A stretch of DNA of 64,000 nucleotides from an uncultured Nitrososphaerales archaeon (GCA_963713605.1 CAVQMO010000003.1:384001-448000); one strand, 5' to 3'; shown: positions 19,590-31,900, numbered from the stretch's first letter. The notes: a model not told the origin generated them from the sequence alone. Program-made: numbers and translations.

Positions 19590-20126
19590 ATGCCAATTGA
19601 TCCAGACTTTCCAAAGAATCACCAAGTGATAGGTAAACATATTCTCGGAGATGGCGAGCAATTCCACTATGTATGGGGACCAGGAAAACTTCAAGAAGCT
19701 GCAGAAAACGAAGAAGTCAAGTCAGCATTTACAGCAAGAGGAGAAGAAATAGTGCCAATAGGTGTGCACGGGACTATGGTAGCAGTAGACTGGGATTCAT
19801 GCGTGGCCGACGGAGCATGCATAGAGGCTTGTCCAGTTCAGGTTTTCCAGTGGTACAGAACTGAAAATGATGTACCTCCTACAGAGGTGACCAATGCCAC
19901 TAGTAATGGAACGGGTAGCAGCGAAAAGGAAGAACGTAAAGATTATACTGACAAAGCTGACCCGATTAGGGAACATGACTGCATTTGGTGCATGGCATGT
20001 GTTTCTGTATGTCCTCCTCAAGCAGTAAAAGTAGATCAGTCCAATTTGGAATACCATGAGAAGGCGTCAGGAACGTTTAATGAAGCCCTTTCTAAAGGTA
20101 GTGCACCGCCACCTCATGCGCACTAA
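19590..20126 (+). CDS. Zinc-containing di-cluster ferredoxin (Zfx type)
   Basis: His-containing N-terminal extension, GVHGTMVAVDWDSCVADGACIEACP and CIWCMACVSVCP. Confidence 0.9.
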   Translation: MPIDPDFPKNHQVIGKHILGDGEQFHYVWGPGKLQEAAENEEVKSAFTARGEEIVPIGVHGTMVAVDWDSCVADGACIEACPVQVFQWYRTENDVPPTEVTNATSNGTGSSEKEERKDYTDKADPIREHDCIWCMACVSVCPPQAVKVDQSNLEYHEKASGTFNEALSKGSAPPPHAH

Positions 20127-20356
20127 ACCTTAAATTTTTTGTCAAGACTTTCTATTTAAGATATCTAGCTAGATTGAATTTTACCCAAAGGATTTTTCTC
20201 CATGGCTTCGGTACTGAACATGATTTGGTAGAGGCCGATGACATGAATTGGGCAACTAATTCTAAGGAGACGAAGCGGTGACTAAGCCAACCTATTTTTG
20301 AGGAGTTATCCAAAATCTGAGCAAATTGGGAAGCGGAAAAAATTTCAAGGGATATC

Positions 20357-20953
20357 ATGATTTTAGCGAACGATTCTTACATGGGTATCTTTATGCCTCG
20401 TGATATTCAAAATAGAATACTACAATTTATAGATGGAAAATTGACTTTCCCATTCATTCGTGGCGATGAAATAGTAGGAGTTTTTTTTCTCTTCGGCAAA
20501 GACGGCAAGTTATCAAAGGGGATCGACATTCTGAATGCCAAGGATCTAGCCCGCAATGGAATGAATCAGATAACAAAAGAGGTCAAGTTATGTAATTCCA
20601 TGCCAAATCGAACAACCTTAGATTTTGTTAGAGAAAACTATACCCGGAGGGCATTGCAGATTTCAACTGATTTGAGTAATTCGTCAGAGAGAGATAGCTC
20701 TCGGATACGAGACAGAATTTCTGGAGACCCGACCATATTGATAAACTGCTTTGCGCAACATATTGCTTACTATCGACAGGACTACTTTTTTGAACTGCTA
20801 AATCCACTGCGAGCGGCACAAATTCCGGAGCATCTGAGGGAAAAAATGGAGTTAAGGATGTTGCTATTGGGATTTAACACGAAGAGTGTAGAAAATCTAC
20901 CATACGCTAGTACCCTAACACCTTTTTTTAACTGGCTGTCGGCGATAGCTTAA
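20357..20953 (+). CDS. Hypothetical protein
   Basis: 198-aa ORF with normal composition; no motif recognised. Confidence 0.7.
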   Translation: MILANDSYMGIFMPRDIQNRILQFIDGKLTFPFIRGDEIVGVFFLFGKDGKLSKGIDILNAKDLARNGMNQITKEVKLCNSMPNRTTLDFVRENYTRRALQISTDLSNSSERDSSRIRDRISGDPTILINCFAQHIAYYRQDYFFELLNPLRAAQIPEHLREKMELRMLLLGFNTKSVENLPYASTLTPFFNWLSAIA

Positions 20954-21058
20954 ATCTAGCGAATAGGAAGTAAAAATATTTGCGGGGTGGTAATCATGAA
21001 CTGGCCGTTAATTTGATCACAAAGAACATTAAGTACATTTGAGAAAGGATCTGCGTTA

Positions 21059-21490
21059 ATGAGCGTTCAAACTAAGTCAGACTATGAGATGTTATTGTCT
21101 CGGCTGCGAGATAAATTAGGGAACACTACAAGAAAACAGGCATCGAGACTAGAACTTCCTACTCCACAAATAATCTGGGTTGGCCAGCGTACAATTTTTA
21201 GGAATTTCATGGAATTTCCTAAAGCGTTAAACAGGGATCCCGAAAAGTTATTGTTATATTTGAACAAAGAGCTTGCTTCGGCAGGATATATTGCAGGGGA
21301 GAGAGTCATATTTTTAGGAAGAAAGGAACCTTCATCTTTTGGTGCATTAATTGATCGATATGTAAAAGATTACGTCATATGCCCTGTCTGTGGAAGCCCA
21401 GATACTAGAACTGAAAAGAGTAAGAAATTGGGTTTTCTATTGTGCGAGGCTTGCGGTGCGAAATCATCCATCAAAGGGAATTATGCCTGA
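21059..21490 (+). CDS. eif2b: Translation initiation factor aIF2 beta subunit
   Basis: YEMLL, TIFRNF, LNRDP, YVICPVCGSPDT...CEACGA. Confidence 0.95.
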   Translation: MSVQTKSDYEMLLSRLRDKLGNTTRKQASRLELPTPQIIWVGQRTIFRNFMEFPKALNRDPEKLLLYLNKELASAGYIAGERVIFLGRKEPSSFGALIDRYVKDYVICPVCGSPDTRTEKSKKLGFLLCEACGAKSSIKGNYA

Positions 21491-21785
21491 ATCGATTATT
21501 GGATCTTGCTTCCATTGGGCAATCAGATGCCCATTTGGTTATGTGAAATAATCACCGTACTTGATCAATCCTGTTCTGGTTTGACTAGTTTTCACTATCA
21601 CCTATCAGGTGTTCTATCAACACATTGCTTTTCCGAATCGAGTAACCAAGTAAGTGGCTAGATAAGAAGTATCAACAATTCAGCTGCGTGCCAAATTACG
21701 CCATTCTTGCATAACTATTTTTTGCCTAGTGCTCGCAGAAAGTTAACATTGGCCTCTAGAGTACCATATCGCTCTGTATCTCGCG

Positions 21786-22025
21786 ATGACAGCTATCATG
21801 TCTCTCAACCCTGGCACGGCTTTAGGCACCGAAACACTAGATTCCACGAATGGATTCTCTACAGGACAGAGTTGGGGTGCCTTGAGAAAGGCTTGGAAGG
21901 GGTACAGAATTGCAAAGGTTCAGGCAGACAATGCTAGAATGACGGAATATGCCACCAAGATACGAAAGATTCAAGGTGAGCTAGGGATAACCAGATCCAC
22001 GTTTCCTAATCTAGGCATAGCCTAA
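21786..22025 (+). CDS. Small conserved-looking hypothetical protein upstream of grpE
   Basis: GQSWGALRKAWKGYRIAK...IRKIQGELGI; followed by a T-tract. Confidence 0.7.
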   Translation: MTAIMSLNPGTALGTETLDSTNGFSTGQSWGALRKAWKGYRIAKVQADNARMTEYATKIRKIQGELGITRSTFPNLGIA

Positions 22026-22162
22026 TCTACTTTTTTAGAATCCGACTACTACATTAGACCACATAATTAGCTCAATAGATTAAACAGTGGAACAACCATA
22101 TTTTTCGTGTTAATCGATATGTAATTATCTAGCTTTTTCTGTAGGTATTCTTCAAGGTAAAA

Positions 22163-22807
22163 TTGAGCGTAGAAAATTGCGAAAAGGACAATGCATCCAG
22201 TAATGAAGGCGAGGAAGAAGATGAGGAAGTTATACAACGACAACCGTCCCCCCCAGAAGATAAAGACCAGGAGTATATTATTCATCTAGAGAATGAACTT
22301 TCGCGAGCCGATGTAGAACGCCAGAAGGCCAAAGAAGAAGCCGATAATAACATGAATAAATTGAGATATTTGATGGCAGATTTTGATAATTATAGAAAAC
22401 GAATGGAAAAACAAATAGAATCTAAGATAAACCAAGGAAAAGCAGAACTTATTTTAAAGTTTGTTTCTATTCATGATGATTTATCTAGGGCAATTGAGAC
22501 TGCGAAACAAGGCAAATCAGATCAGGTTGTGATTGAGGGTCTAGAAGGTATTTTGAGGAACGCTGAGACTTTATTTGACGCAGAAGGTGTTAAGGAAATT
22601 GAAACTATTGGTACTCCCTTTGATCCCAATATTCACGATGCTATTTCATTCAAATACGATGACACTGTTCCAGAAAATACTGTGATCGCGGAAATTAGAA
22701 AAGGTTACATGATATCTGACAAGGTATTAAGGCCAAGTTTGGTAGAAATCTCTAAAAGGATAGTTAAAAATACCGCTATTGATAGTAACAGAACAAAAGG
22801 AGACTAA
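22163..22807 (+). CDS. grpE: Nucleotide exchange factor GrpE
   Basis: ADFDNYRKR, FDPNIHDA, KGY...VLRPS. Confidence 0.96.
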   Translation: MSVENCEKDNASSNEGEEEDEEVIQRQPSPPEDKDQEYIIHLENELSRADVERQKAKEEADNNMNKLRYLMADFDNYRKRMEKQIESKINQGKAELILKFVSIHDDLSRAIETAKQGKSDQVVIEGLEGILRNAETLFDAEGVKEIETIGTPFDPNIHDAISFKYDDTVPENTVIAEIRKGYMISDKVLRPSLVEISKRIVKNTAIDSNRTKGD

Positions 22808-22813
22808 GAAGAA

Positions 22814-24726
22814 ATGGGAAAGATTATAGGAATTGATCTTGGAACTAGTAATTCTGCCGCATCGGCTATGATTGGAGGTAAACCATCTATAATACCAGCG
22901 GCTGAGGGAACTTCTATTGCAGGTAAGGCGTTTCCGTCTGTTGTCGCCTTTACTAAGGATGGACAATTGTTAGTGGGAGAACCTGCACGAAGACAAATGA
23001 TTTCCAATCCAGAAGGCACTGTACCTAGCAGGACAAAAAGGAAAATGGGGACTGACTTTCGTTTCAGTGTATTTGGAAAGGAGTATTCCCCACAACAGAT
23101 TTCCGCATTTATTTTGCAAAAAATAAAGAGGGATGCCGAGGCGTTTTTGGGTGAGAGTGTAGACAAAGCGGTTATCACTGTTCCAGCCTACTTTAACGAC
23201 AACCAGAGACAAGCGACCAAAGACGCAGGCGAGATTGCGGGACTCCAAGTGGTTAGGATAATAAATGAACCCACGGCAGACTTCTCTGGCATTTGGGCTT
23301 GATAAGGTTCAAAAAGACCTAAAGATCGTTGTGTTCGATTTAGGTGGAGGAACCCTAGATGTTACTATAATGGAAATGGGAGGTGGAGTTTTTCAAGTGA
23401 AAAGCACTGCAGGGGATACACAATTAGGCGGGACTGACATGGACAATAAATTGGTAGAATACATTTTACAGGAATTTAAGAATCAGTCGGGTTTGGATGT
23501 ACGTAATGATTGTGCAGCTATGATGCGAGTAAGAGAAGCAGCTGAGAAAGCGAAGATAGAGCTATCAAATATGATTAATACTGAAATTAACTTGCCATTC
23601 CTTGCATATGATTCTGCTACCGGTCCAAAAAATCTAGTACTACAATTGACTAGGGCAAAAATGGAAGAATTGCTAAGACCTATCATAGAAAGATGTAGGG
23701 GTCCAACTACGCAAGCATTACAAGATGCAAAGTTGAGTCCTAACGATATTGATAAAATAATACTGATTGGTGGTCCAACTAGGATGCCTATGGTTCGTCA
23801 ATTTGTTGCAACTGTCATGGGAAAAGAACCTGAAAGAGGTGTGGACCCTATGGAAGCAGTTGCTCTGGGTGCTGCCATCCAGGGAGCAGTGATTTCAGGC
23901 GACGTGTCCACCGATATATTATTAGTGGATGTAACACCCTTGACGCTTGGGGTGGAAGTTTTGGGTGGCTTAAAGGAAGCCATAATAGAACGCAATACAA
24001 CAATACCTACCAAAAAGAGTAAAATATTCACTACAGCAGCAGATTATCAAACTGCCGTAACAATACACGTAGTACAAGGAGAACGAGCGATGGCTGCAGA
24101 CGGTGTTTCCCTTGGAATGTTCAATCTTTCTGGGATACCTCCTGCCCCAAGAGGAGTACCGCAGATCGAAGTAACTTTTGATATAGATGCGAATGGAATT
24201 CTGAATGTTTCAGCCAAGGATATGGCAACGTCCAAAGAAGCTAAGATAACTATCACCGCAAATACAAAACTCGGTAAAGATGACATCGAAAGAATGAAAA
24301 AGGACGCTGAGCAGTTTGCTGAGGCCGACAAGAAGAAACGGGAAGAAGCTGAACTTAAGAACGAGGCTGACAATCTTGTCTACGCCGCAGAGAAACTTGT
24401 TAATCAGGATTTAAAAGACAAAATAAAGCCAGAACAGGTAGAAAGGGTTCAGAAAGTTTCCCAAGAATTGAAGGATGCCTTAGCATCAAACAACAGTGAA
24501 ATCGCCAAAGCAAAAATTCAGGAATTAAAGAACGTATTGGGTGAAATAAGTACTGAAGCCTATAGAGCTACCAGCGCAGCAGCTGCCGGCAGCGCCTGGT
24601 GCCGGTGGCAAGTCTGGACAAACAGTAGATGAAGGAGCATCTAGTGCGAATCAAACATCGGAGACTTACGGCGGCGGGGGCGGGGGTACTACGTCTACTC
24701 AACAGCCATCGCCACCCCCTCCGTAA
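22814..24726 (+). CDS. dnaK: Chaperone DnaK (apparent frameshifts near 23280 and 24596, plus a compensated shift near 23025-23033)
   Basis: [23 protein letters not shown], then in a new frame DLGGGTLDV and [15 protein letters not shown]; the tail continues in another frame to TAA at 24726. Confidence 0.95.
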
Positions 24727-24788
24727 TTATTGTTCTTTGAATGCTACCGATAGGGTTACTAATACAGATTTGACAGGGTCACAAACAA

Positions 24789-25919
24789 ATGGCTAACAAA
24801 CGAGACTATTATGAAGTACTTGGTGTACCTAAGAATGCAGAGAAAGGAGATATCAAGAGCGCATATAGAAAGCTAGCACTGCAATACCATCCGGATAGAA
24901 ATAAATCTCCGGGAGCAGAGGAACATTTTAAGGAAATTTCTGAAGCATACGCAGTCCTATCTGATGATGACAAACGGAAGCGATATGATACATATGGTCA
25001 TGTGGGAACTGAAGAGGTATTCAAGGGCTCCGAGGCCAACTTTGAAGAGATCTTTAAAGATATGGGTTTTGGAGGATTCAGAGACATTTTCGAACAATTT
25101 TTTGGAACCAGGGGTGGCTTTGGAAGAGGTTCGTCGGATCCGTTCGGATTTGGATTCAACATTGGCGGTGGAAGACAGAAAGGCCGCGATATTCTGTATG
25201 ACATCGATCTCTCGTTAGAAGATGTTTTGAAAGGCAAGAAAGACGAAATAGAACTGCCTAAAATGGATAGGTGTACAAATTGCAACGGAACTGGCGCCGC
25301 ACCAGGCACGAAGCCACGAAAATGCACCGTATGTAATGGTCAGGGACAGACCAGGAGGGTGTATAGTCAGAATCGGTTTTCCACATTTGTATCATTGGAG
25401 CCATGTCGTACGTGTCACGGAGAGGGTGAAATAATTGAGAGGCCGTGTGGGACATGCAATGGATCGGGTAATATCAGAACAACAAAAAAACTACAATTGG
25501 AAATTCCTCGCGGAGTAGAGGATGGGATGACTCTTCAATTGCAGGGCGAGGGAGAACCTTCAGAGAATGGAATGCCCGGTGATCTTCTCATAAGAACTCA
25601 CGTTAGACCACATCAAGAGTTTCAAAGACTCGAAGACGGTCACCTCTTAACCGATCGAAATCTAAGTTTTACCGACCTAGCTTTGGGAACAGAAATAAGA
25701 ATTCCGACACTTGAAGGACAAGAAAAAGTCAAAATCTCTCCAGGAACGCAACCGAATTCAATCATAAAGCTAAAGGGCAAAGGTCTCCCAAGATATGGGG
25801 GTTACGGAAGAGGCGATGAGCTTGTAAGAATAAATGTAAAGGTGCCAACCAAAATAAATGATGCTCAAAAGGCTCTGCTCAAAGAATTGGGTAGAGAATT
25901 AGGAATGACAAGTGATTGA
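24789..25919 (+). CDS. dnaJ: Chaperone DnaJ
   Basis: J domain with HPD, G/F-rich region, four CxxCxGxG repeats. Confidence 0.97.
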   Translation: MANKRDYYEVLGVPKNAEKGDIKSAYRKLALQYHPDRNKSPGAEEHFKEISEAYAVLSDDDKRKRYDTYGHVGTEEVFKGSEANFEEIFKDMGFGGFRDIFEQFFGTRGGFGRGSSDPFGFGFNIGGGRQKGRDILYDIDLSLEDVLKGKKDEIELPKMDRCTNCNGTGAAPGTKPRKCTVCNGQGQTRRVYSQNRFSTFVSLEPCRTCHGEGEIIERPCGTCNGSGNIRTTKKLQLEIPRGVEDGMTLQLQGEGEPSENGMPGDLLIRTHVRPHQEFQRLEDGHLLTDRNLSFTDLALGTEIRIPTLEGQEKVKISPGTQPNSIIKLKGKGLPRYGGYGRGDELVRINVKVPTKINDAQKALLKELGRELGMTSD

Positions 25920-26498
25920 ATATTGCAAAGAATTGACTAAGCATCTATCACAATGTCTCTACTATTCAGGCAGTAAAAGTAGCATCTACTAACATAGATA
26001 GCATTCTTGACCCGGAAGCAGTAGTTGTGCTGGATATTCTTTAGCTCTGGATCTGCCTATTCAAATTCTGGGAAAATTATTGATCCGTTCATCCTAGCAT
26101 AGTTACTACTGCCAATATTGATGAAAATGATACGATTTATTCTGCTGAAGTCGAAAAGGGTAACAATCTTGTATATTCTAACGAGTTTATCTGATGGAAA
26201 CCTCATCAGATCACGGCTTATATATAGACATTTAAGGTAACAAATTGTAGAATGAGAATATTCGAAGACGGCTATTTGTCCCATAAGGAACTAAATATTA
26301 ATATCAACGGACAGTGCCATTCAGCGAGAAAGATGATAATAGGTGTATTAGTGGTAAAACTAGTAATCAGCGAGATGTCTAAAAATCAAGACCATAACAA
26401 ATCCAGTTGTTAGAGTTCGAATACTTGAATGCTATTTGTGATTGACCGCACAATGCAGAATTGAATATGGCCTTAGTGAGTTGGTTTTGGTATAGTTC

Positions 26499-27434
26499 AT
26501 GAAAGTGATTGAAGCTTTAGGATTAACCAAATCCTATAAGGGTTCTAAACACCCCGCTTTGAATGATATTTCGTTGAATATCGACTCAAAACAGATATTT
26601 ACAATGCTGGGCAGAAATGGAGCTGGAAAGACTACCTTTGTAAGAATATGTGCTACTCAACTCATGCCCACATCAGGGAGAATATTCGTCCTGGGTCATG
26701 ACATTGTAAAGTATCCCGAAAGAATACGAAACCAGATTTCTGCAATCCCTCAGGAAGGCAGACCACTGAGAGCGTTAACGCCTTGGGATCATGTGTATAA
26801 TTGGTTAAGAATCAGAGGAGAAAGCAGCGATATTGCCAAAGAAAAAGCTGTGCAAATCCTCAAGAAGCTAGATCTCTATGATGCGAGGAATGTTCCTGCT
26901 ATGAACCTATCAGGCGGTATGAAACAAAAAATTCTCGTTGCAATGGCTTTGGCACCCGACGCCCAATTACTATTCCTAGATGAGCCGACTATTGGCCTAG
27001 ATCCGATCTCCCGTCGACAGGTATGGTCGGCAATCAAGGATTGGAAAGATAAGGACAGAACAATTCTGTTGACGACTCACTATATGGATGAGGCAGAATT
27101 GCTTGCGGACTATATTGTCATAATCGATAAAGGAAAAATTATAGCAACGGGTACGATGAACGAGCTTCGCAAAATCGTGCCGTATGAACTTAGAATTGAT
27201 GTGCCCAAAATCAACTTGGATAAGAGTCTAATGTCGTTAGGCTCTGTCGTAGATTCAGGAGCCAATTTTGTTAGAATCTTTACCTATGAAACCGACGCGG
27301 AAAAGATTTATGACAAAGCCTTAAAGATGAATATTCAATTTACCGTTTCTCCCATAACCCTCGATGATGTTTTCGTATATCTTGTTGGGAACAGAAACAA
27401 TGACAATAGCATCAAGTCAGAGAACGCGATATAG
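26499..27434 (+). CDS. ABC-2 (DrrA-like) transporter ATP-binding protein
   Basis: GRNGAGKTT, LSGGMKQ, LDEPTIGLDP, LTTHYMDEA; no adjacent permease. Confidence 0.9.
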   Translation: MKVIEALGLTKSYKGSKHPALNDISLNIDSKQIFTMLGRNGAGKTTFVRICATQLMPTSGRIFVLGHDIVKYPERIRNQISAIPQEGRPLRALTPWDHVYNWLRIRGESSDIAKEKAVQILKKLDLYDARNVPAMNLSGGMKQKILVAMALAPDAQLLFLDEPTIGLDPISRRQVWSAIKDWKDKDRTILLTTHYMDEAELLADYIVIIDKGKIIATGTMNELRKIVPYELRIDVPKINLDKSLMSLGSVVDSGANFVRIFTYETDAEKIYDKALKMNIQFTVSPITLDDVFVYLVGNRNNDNSIKSENAI

Positions 27435-27487
27435 TTCTGATTGCAACTAGAAATTATAATTGCATTCTGGTAGGTATCAATTTACCA

Positions 27488-27967
27488 TCATCTGCAGCAC
27501 CTTCCTAAAGGTATTCGATGGCCATGTGGACACTTCCTTGGATGTTTTAGGAGCGTACACAAGGCATCTGTAAAAATTTGTTTCATATGATGCTCTATTC
27601 CACAGACCATTTCTTCGTCAATTTCTATCTTCAATGAATCTCTCATCAATACTTCCAATAGTCGTGTATTCCGGATCATCTGCTTTCCTATGCGTTCGCC
27701 TTCAGTAGTCAACTTTACCATGTTGCCTTTGCTATATTCTACTAAATTAGCTTCGTCAAGTTTACGAAGCATTTGAACTACGGATGGTTGTTTTACATAT
27801 AGTAACTTTGCGATGGAGCTTACTTTGACCTCTTCGCCTCTTTCGCGAATATACCATATAGCCTTAAGGTACATTTCAACATGTTCAGATTCAGCAGTAC
27901 CGATGTAGAGCTCTTCTTCTCCCAATACTATCTCCTTTTTTGAGCTTCTTGTTGAGAATGTCCTCAA
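27488..27967 (-). CDS. DtxR/MntR family metal-dependent repressor
   Basis: EMYLKAI, PSVVQMLRKL, IEHH, CPHGHRIP. Confidence 0.9.
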   Translation of the reverse strand: MRTFSTRSSKKEIVLGEEELYIGTAESEHVEMYLKAIWYIRERGEEVKVSSIAKLLYVKQPSVVQMLRKLDEANLVEYSKGNMVKLTTEGERIGKQMIRNTRLLEVLMRDSLKIEIDEEMVCGIEHHMKQIFTDALCTLLKHPRKCPHGHRIPLGRCCR

Positions 27968-28231
27968 TGGTTACCTTTTAAAGTTTGTAGACTATTTGTT
28001 ATTAACTTTGTGCATATTTGCGGTCGCGCATTGGATAACATTCTTAGATTGAAAGCCCTAGGGATTGTTTGGATCGATGAAGTAATGTCCCAAACAATTG
28101 GTATGAGAATATAAGAGTATAGTTTCTTCATAAATAGTGATCACTCTTTCTTTAGCCTGTAGCCCATTAAAACGAACTTCTTACCCTAATATGGCATAAT
28201 CTTCTAATAGCACTTCAGGCTATCTAAGTAT

Positions 28232-28600
28232 ATGTCTCAGAAACATATTCTTGTTTCTAAGAAGAGGCATGAACTCAGCTTTGATACTTTATCCCCTAAA
28301 TGGTCGAAACGCTTAAGCCAACCGCTCCCCACACTGTTTTCTCTTAGATGGCTTGGATATTATTCTGAAATTAGAAGTGCGTCGAGATGCGTAGTAGGGG
28401 AAGCACACGGCTTCTCCTCATCTTACCTAAAAACATGCCCAGAGTGTAACAGATTTAGCATAAAATTCATGTATTCATTTCTAGTACATTCCGAATCCAG
28501 ATTGGAGAAAATTAAGTTGATGTTTGTTCATCATTGGATTGAGCAACATGTACCTATTGATCACAATACAATTTTGAGAACTAGTGAGCGATCGAGCTAG
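28232..28600 (+). CDS. Hypothetical protein with C/H metal-binding-like residues
   Basis: CVVGEAHG...CPEC...FVHHWIEQH. Confidence 0.6.
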   Translation: MSQKHILVSKKRHELSFDTLSPKWSKRLSQPLPTLFSLRWLGYYSEIRSASRCVVGEAHGFSSSYLKTCPECNRFSIKFMYSFLVHSESRLEKIKLMFVHHWIEQHVPIDHNTILRTSERSS

Positions 28601-28847
28601 AATTAATCTCGCGTCTCGGGGTTGGGTCTTTAGCTTGCCCTGAACGTTAGATTGTTTGCTGGTACAGTGAATTAGATAGCTCTATATTTTTGATTGTTGA
28701 TAGCCTCAGCCGCAGAAAAAAATGATCTGCTAGTGACTGTTAAAGTCAAATTTTTGAATGTCTGGTAATGATTTGCTTTCTCCAAAAAGGAAAAAAAGAT
28801 AGGATTCCACTGCGAATGAATCTGATTTGCAGTAATCTTGCGGATAT

Positions 28848-30542
28848 TTATTCCATATCCATACCGCCCATACCGCCCATACCGCCCATACCGCCCATAC
28901 CGCCCATACCGCCCATACCGCCTCCAGGAGGTCCAGGGGGTGCTTTGGATTTGCTAGAAGCTATAACATCATCGATTCGCAGTATCATGGTTGCAGCTTC
29001 TGTAGCGGATTTGATTATTTGCTCTTTAACAGCAAGAGGTTCCAATATGTTTTGTTTGAACATGTCTGCGACTACCGTGCTCCTAACATTGATTCCTGTC
29101 CATTTGGAACCCTTACTCTGCTTGGCGCGTAATTCTGTCATTGTATCAATCGGATCCATACCGGCATTTTCTGCTAGAGTAAGAGGGATTGTGTCGAGTG
29201 CATCAGCAAACTTTTGAACTGCAAGTTGAGCTCTGCCTTCCAGGCTGCTCGACCATTGTCTTAATTCATTGGCAATATATGCTTCTGGAGCACCTCCGCC
29301 TGCAACTATGGCTGGTTTTTCTAGCACATCTTTAGTAACCATTAACGCATCATGTATTGACCTATCCGCTTCATCAACAACCCGCTGTGAGCCTCCTCGA
29401 ACAAGGATTGTGACCGCCTTTGGGTTTTTACATCCTTCTATGAAGACCCATTTATCGGTCTCGACTTTGCGCTCTTCTACCAGCTGTGCGGCGCCTAGGT
29501 CTTTACTTGAAAGATCTTCAAGATTGTTTATGATTCTTGCTCCTGTGGCTTTACCAAGCTTGAACATATCACTTTCCTTTATTCGTCTGACGGCAAGTAT
29601 GCCTGATTTGGCTAGATAGTGTTGTGCAATGTCATCAATGCCTTTTTGGCATAAAACTATATTCGCGCCTGCGTCTTTTATTTTGTCCACCATACTCATC
29701 AGCATTCTGTTTTCTTCTTCAAGAAACATCTGCATCTGTTGCGGATCACTAATTCTGATCTCGGCACTCATTTCAGTTTTTTCGATCTCCAGTGCAGAGT
29801 TTATCAAAGCAATCTTTGCATTTTCAACCCTCTTCGGCATCCCTGAATGAACTACTTCCTTATCAAGAACGATTCCCTTTACGAGTTGGGTATCTCTTAT
29901 TGCTCCACCTGCCTTCTTTTCGACCTTAATGTTGTCTAGGTCGACTCTTAAACCATCTTTTCCTTCAATCTTTTCTGCTATCTGTCTTACTGCGCTTACT
30001 ACTATTTCACTTAGGGTTGGGCTATCCTCAGAGACCAACTTGGAATCCATACTAGTTCTTGCGATCTTGATAAGTAGCTCTTTGTCTGACGTGTCGACCT
30101 TTACAGCAATTTTCTGTAGCAACTTTAATGCTTGCTCTGAAGCTGCGTTATAGCCATCAACGATTACTGATGGATGAACATCCTTGTTGATCAGGTCCTC
30201 GGCCTTCTCAATCAACGCTCCTGCTAACACTACTGACGAAGTAGTGCCATCTCCCACCTCATTATCTACTGATTTAGAAACCTCTACCATCATTTTTCCA
30301 GCAGGATGCTGTACGTCAATTTCTTTGAGAATTGTAGCCCCGTCATTTGTGATAGTCACGTCTCCAAGAGAATCCACGAGCATCTTGTCCATGCCTCTTG
30401 GGCCGAGGCTGGTTTTGACAATTTCTGCGACCAGCTTTGCTGCTGTAATATTATTTTTCTGAGCTTCCCTGCCTTTACTTTCTTTTGTTCCTTCCCTTAA
30501 AATTATCACTGGCATTCCACCAGCTGTAGTTTGAATTGACAT
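28848..30542 (-). CDS. Thermosome (group II chaperonin) subunit
   Basis: [34 protein letters not shown] tail. Confidence 0.97.
   Translation of the reverse strand: MSIQTTAGGMPVIILREGTKESKGREAQKNNITAAKLVAEIVKTSLGPRGMDKMLVDSLGDVTITNDGATILKEIDVQHPAGKMMVEVSKSVDNEVGDGTTSSVVLAGALIEKAEDLINKDVHPSVIVDGYNAASEQALKLLQKIAVKVDTSDKELLIKIARTSMDSKLVSEDSPTLSEIVVSAVRQIAEKIEGKDGLRVDLDNIKVEKKAGGAIRDTQLVKGIVLDKEVVHSGMPKRVENAKIALINSALEIEKTEMSAEIRISDPQQMQMFLEEENRMLMSMVDKIKDAGANIVLCQKGIDDIAQHYLAKSGILAVRRIKESDMFKLGKATGARIINNLEDLSSKDLGAAQLVEERKVETDKWVFIEGCKNPKAVTILVRGGSQRVVDEADRSIHDALMVTKDVLEKPAIVAGGGAPEAYIANELRQWSSSLEGRAQLAVQKFADALDTIPLTLAENAGMDPIDTMTELRAKQSKGSKWTGINVRSTVVADMFKQNILEPLAVKEQIIKSATEAATMILRIDDVIASSKSKAPPGPPGGGMGGMGGMGGMGGMGGMGGMDME
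28861..28922. repeat. 9-bp tandem repeat (ATACCGCCC x ~7) encoding the GGM tail
   Basis: Perfect nucleotide-level repeats. Confidence 0.95.
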
Positions 30543-30877
30543 TTACTCTATTCACCTAGTAGAACACTACTGCTTTGTAAAGCTACTTATTTAGTTTTAC
30601 TTCTCTATAATTACACCATATCATCAGGATTTAGCGTGCATGTTTTAATAGGTATTCCAAAAAAGATGAATCAAATCAAAGGCATTACTCGCTAGCTCTT
30701 AATGAAACAGTATATGTCTTTGTTTAAGTTTTCATTTTAAATATTAACTACACGTTTTTTTCAGTTAAATAGATGAAATGCGACACATGCCCTGCCTAAG
30801 TAGTTTCTTAACGACAATCCTCGATTATTGATACCAAAACATTCAAGTCTTTCATATTCGCTAATGATTTCTTTCCA

Positions 30878-31292
30878 TTATTTCAGGCCCAATTTCTTTT
30901 GCTTTTCAACAAATTTTTTTCTGAATCTAGGGACTTCAATTAATGATCTTTCGTGTGTGCCTTCGCCAATTCTTTCTAGGCTATCCGAGGCCACTACTTC
31001 AAATAGCACTCTCCTCCCCTCGAAAGAGACGATTTTGGCCTTCACGGTGATCTCTGCACCAACTGGAGTAGCGAGCCAAGTGTTTAATGTTGACTAATGT
31101 GCCTACCGAATCCCACATGCTGTCTACTATACATTCTTCCTTGACGAGTAGTCTACAGGTCTCTTCCATTTCAGATATCATGGAAGGAGTAGATAATACG
31201 TTCTCTCCATCCCATAAGAAACTTGTTGTTTGATTGGTGGCGACTTTCAGACGCCGTTCTTTATCAACTCCGATCTTGGCTAGGTAACTCAA
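30878..31292 (-). CDS. Fluoroacetyl-CoA thioesterase (FlK)-like hotdog-fold protein (apparent frameshift near 31073)
   Basis: VLSTPSMISEME, SVGTLVNIKHLA, then a shifted frame ATPVGAEITV...GEGTHER to TAA at 30878. Confidence 0.85.
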
Positions 31293-31584
31293 GGAAAATT
31301 ATAAGAACCGACAACTATTTTATTAGCGTTATCATTTCAGTAGGAACTGAAACGTTGGTAGAACTGTGTGAAATCTTATCAATTGAAAAGAACGACGGAA
31401 TTATTGTTGCGGATAAATAATTTGCACCAAACGGACTTTTTTACTTACTACAATTATTGTTAATGATTTAGTGGATCAACGTTCTTTTAATTATTTGATG
31501 AAAAATATGTAATAATTGGATCAATACATTGAGGATACACTGTACCGAGTGAACATAAAAATAAAAATATGAGCTCGAGGTCGT

Positions 31585-31716
31585 TTATGAAGGACGTCGT
31601 GCGCCTGAGATTACTGCAAATGCAAGTCCTACTGCAAGACCAAATGCTAGCGGAACCCATACCCCAAAGCTTTCCATACCAAAGACGATTACTTGTTTTA
31701 GCACTGCTTCGAACAT
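31585..31716 (-). CDS. 43-aa small membrane protein (MFEAVLKQVIVFGMESFGVWVPLAFGLAVGLAFAVISGARRPS)
   Basis: ATG-TAA ORF not in the track; AGGTG before the start, TATA-like element ~25-30 nt upstream, T-tract downstream, one TM helix with a basic C-terminus. Confidence 0.65.
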   Translation of the reverse strand: MFEAVLKQVIVFGMESFGVWVPLAFGLAVGLAFAVISGARRPS

Positions 31717-31900
31717 CACCTATTGGAATACAAGACTTAGTATATTAGATTTACTCAGAAAACCCTTTACAAACCGATTACGCTGCGTCATTACAGACGG
31801 TGAATTGTCACCTTATTTATCAGGATTTATCTGACCCGGTATGGTAAGAAGGGAAGTGAAGTACGCTGTCCTTAAATTACCCTTTTATATCTGAAGATAT

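Noticed and set aside
28768..29217. Pro-rich (PPI)n ORF
   Set aside because: Antisense shadow of the thermosome GGM tail.
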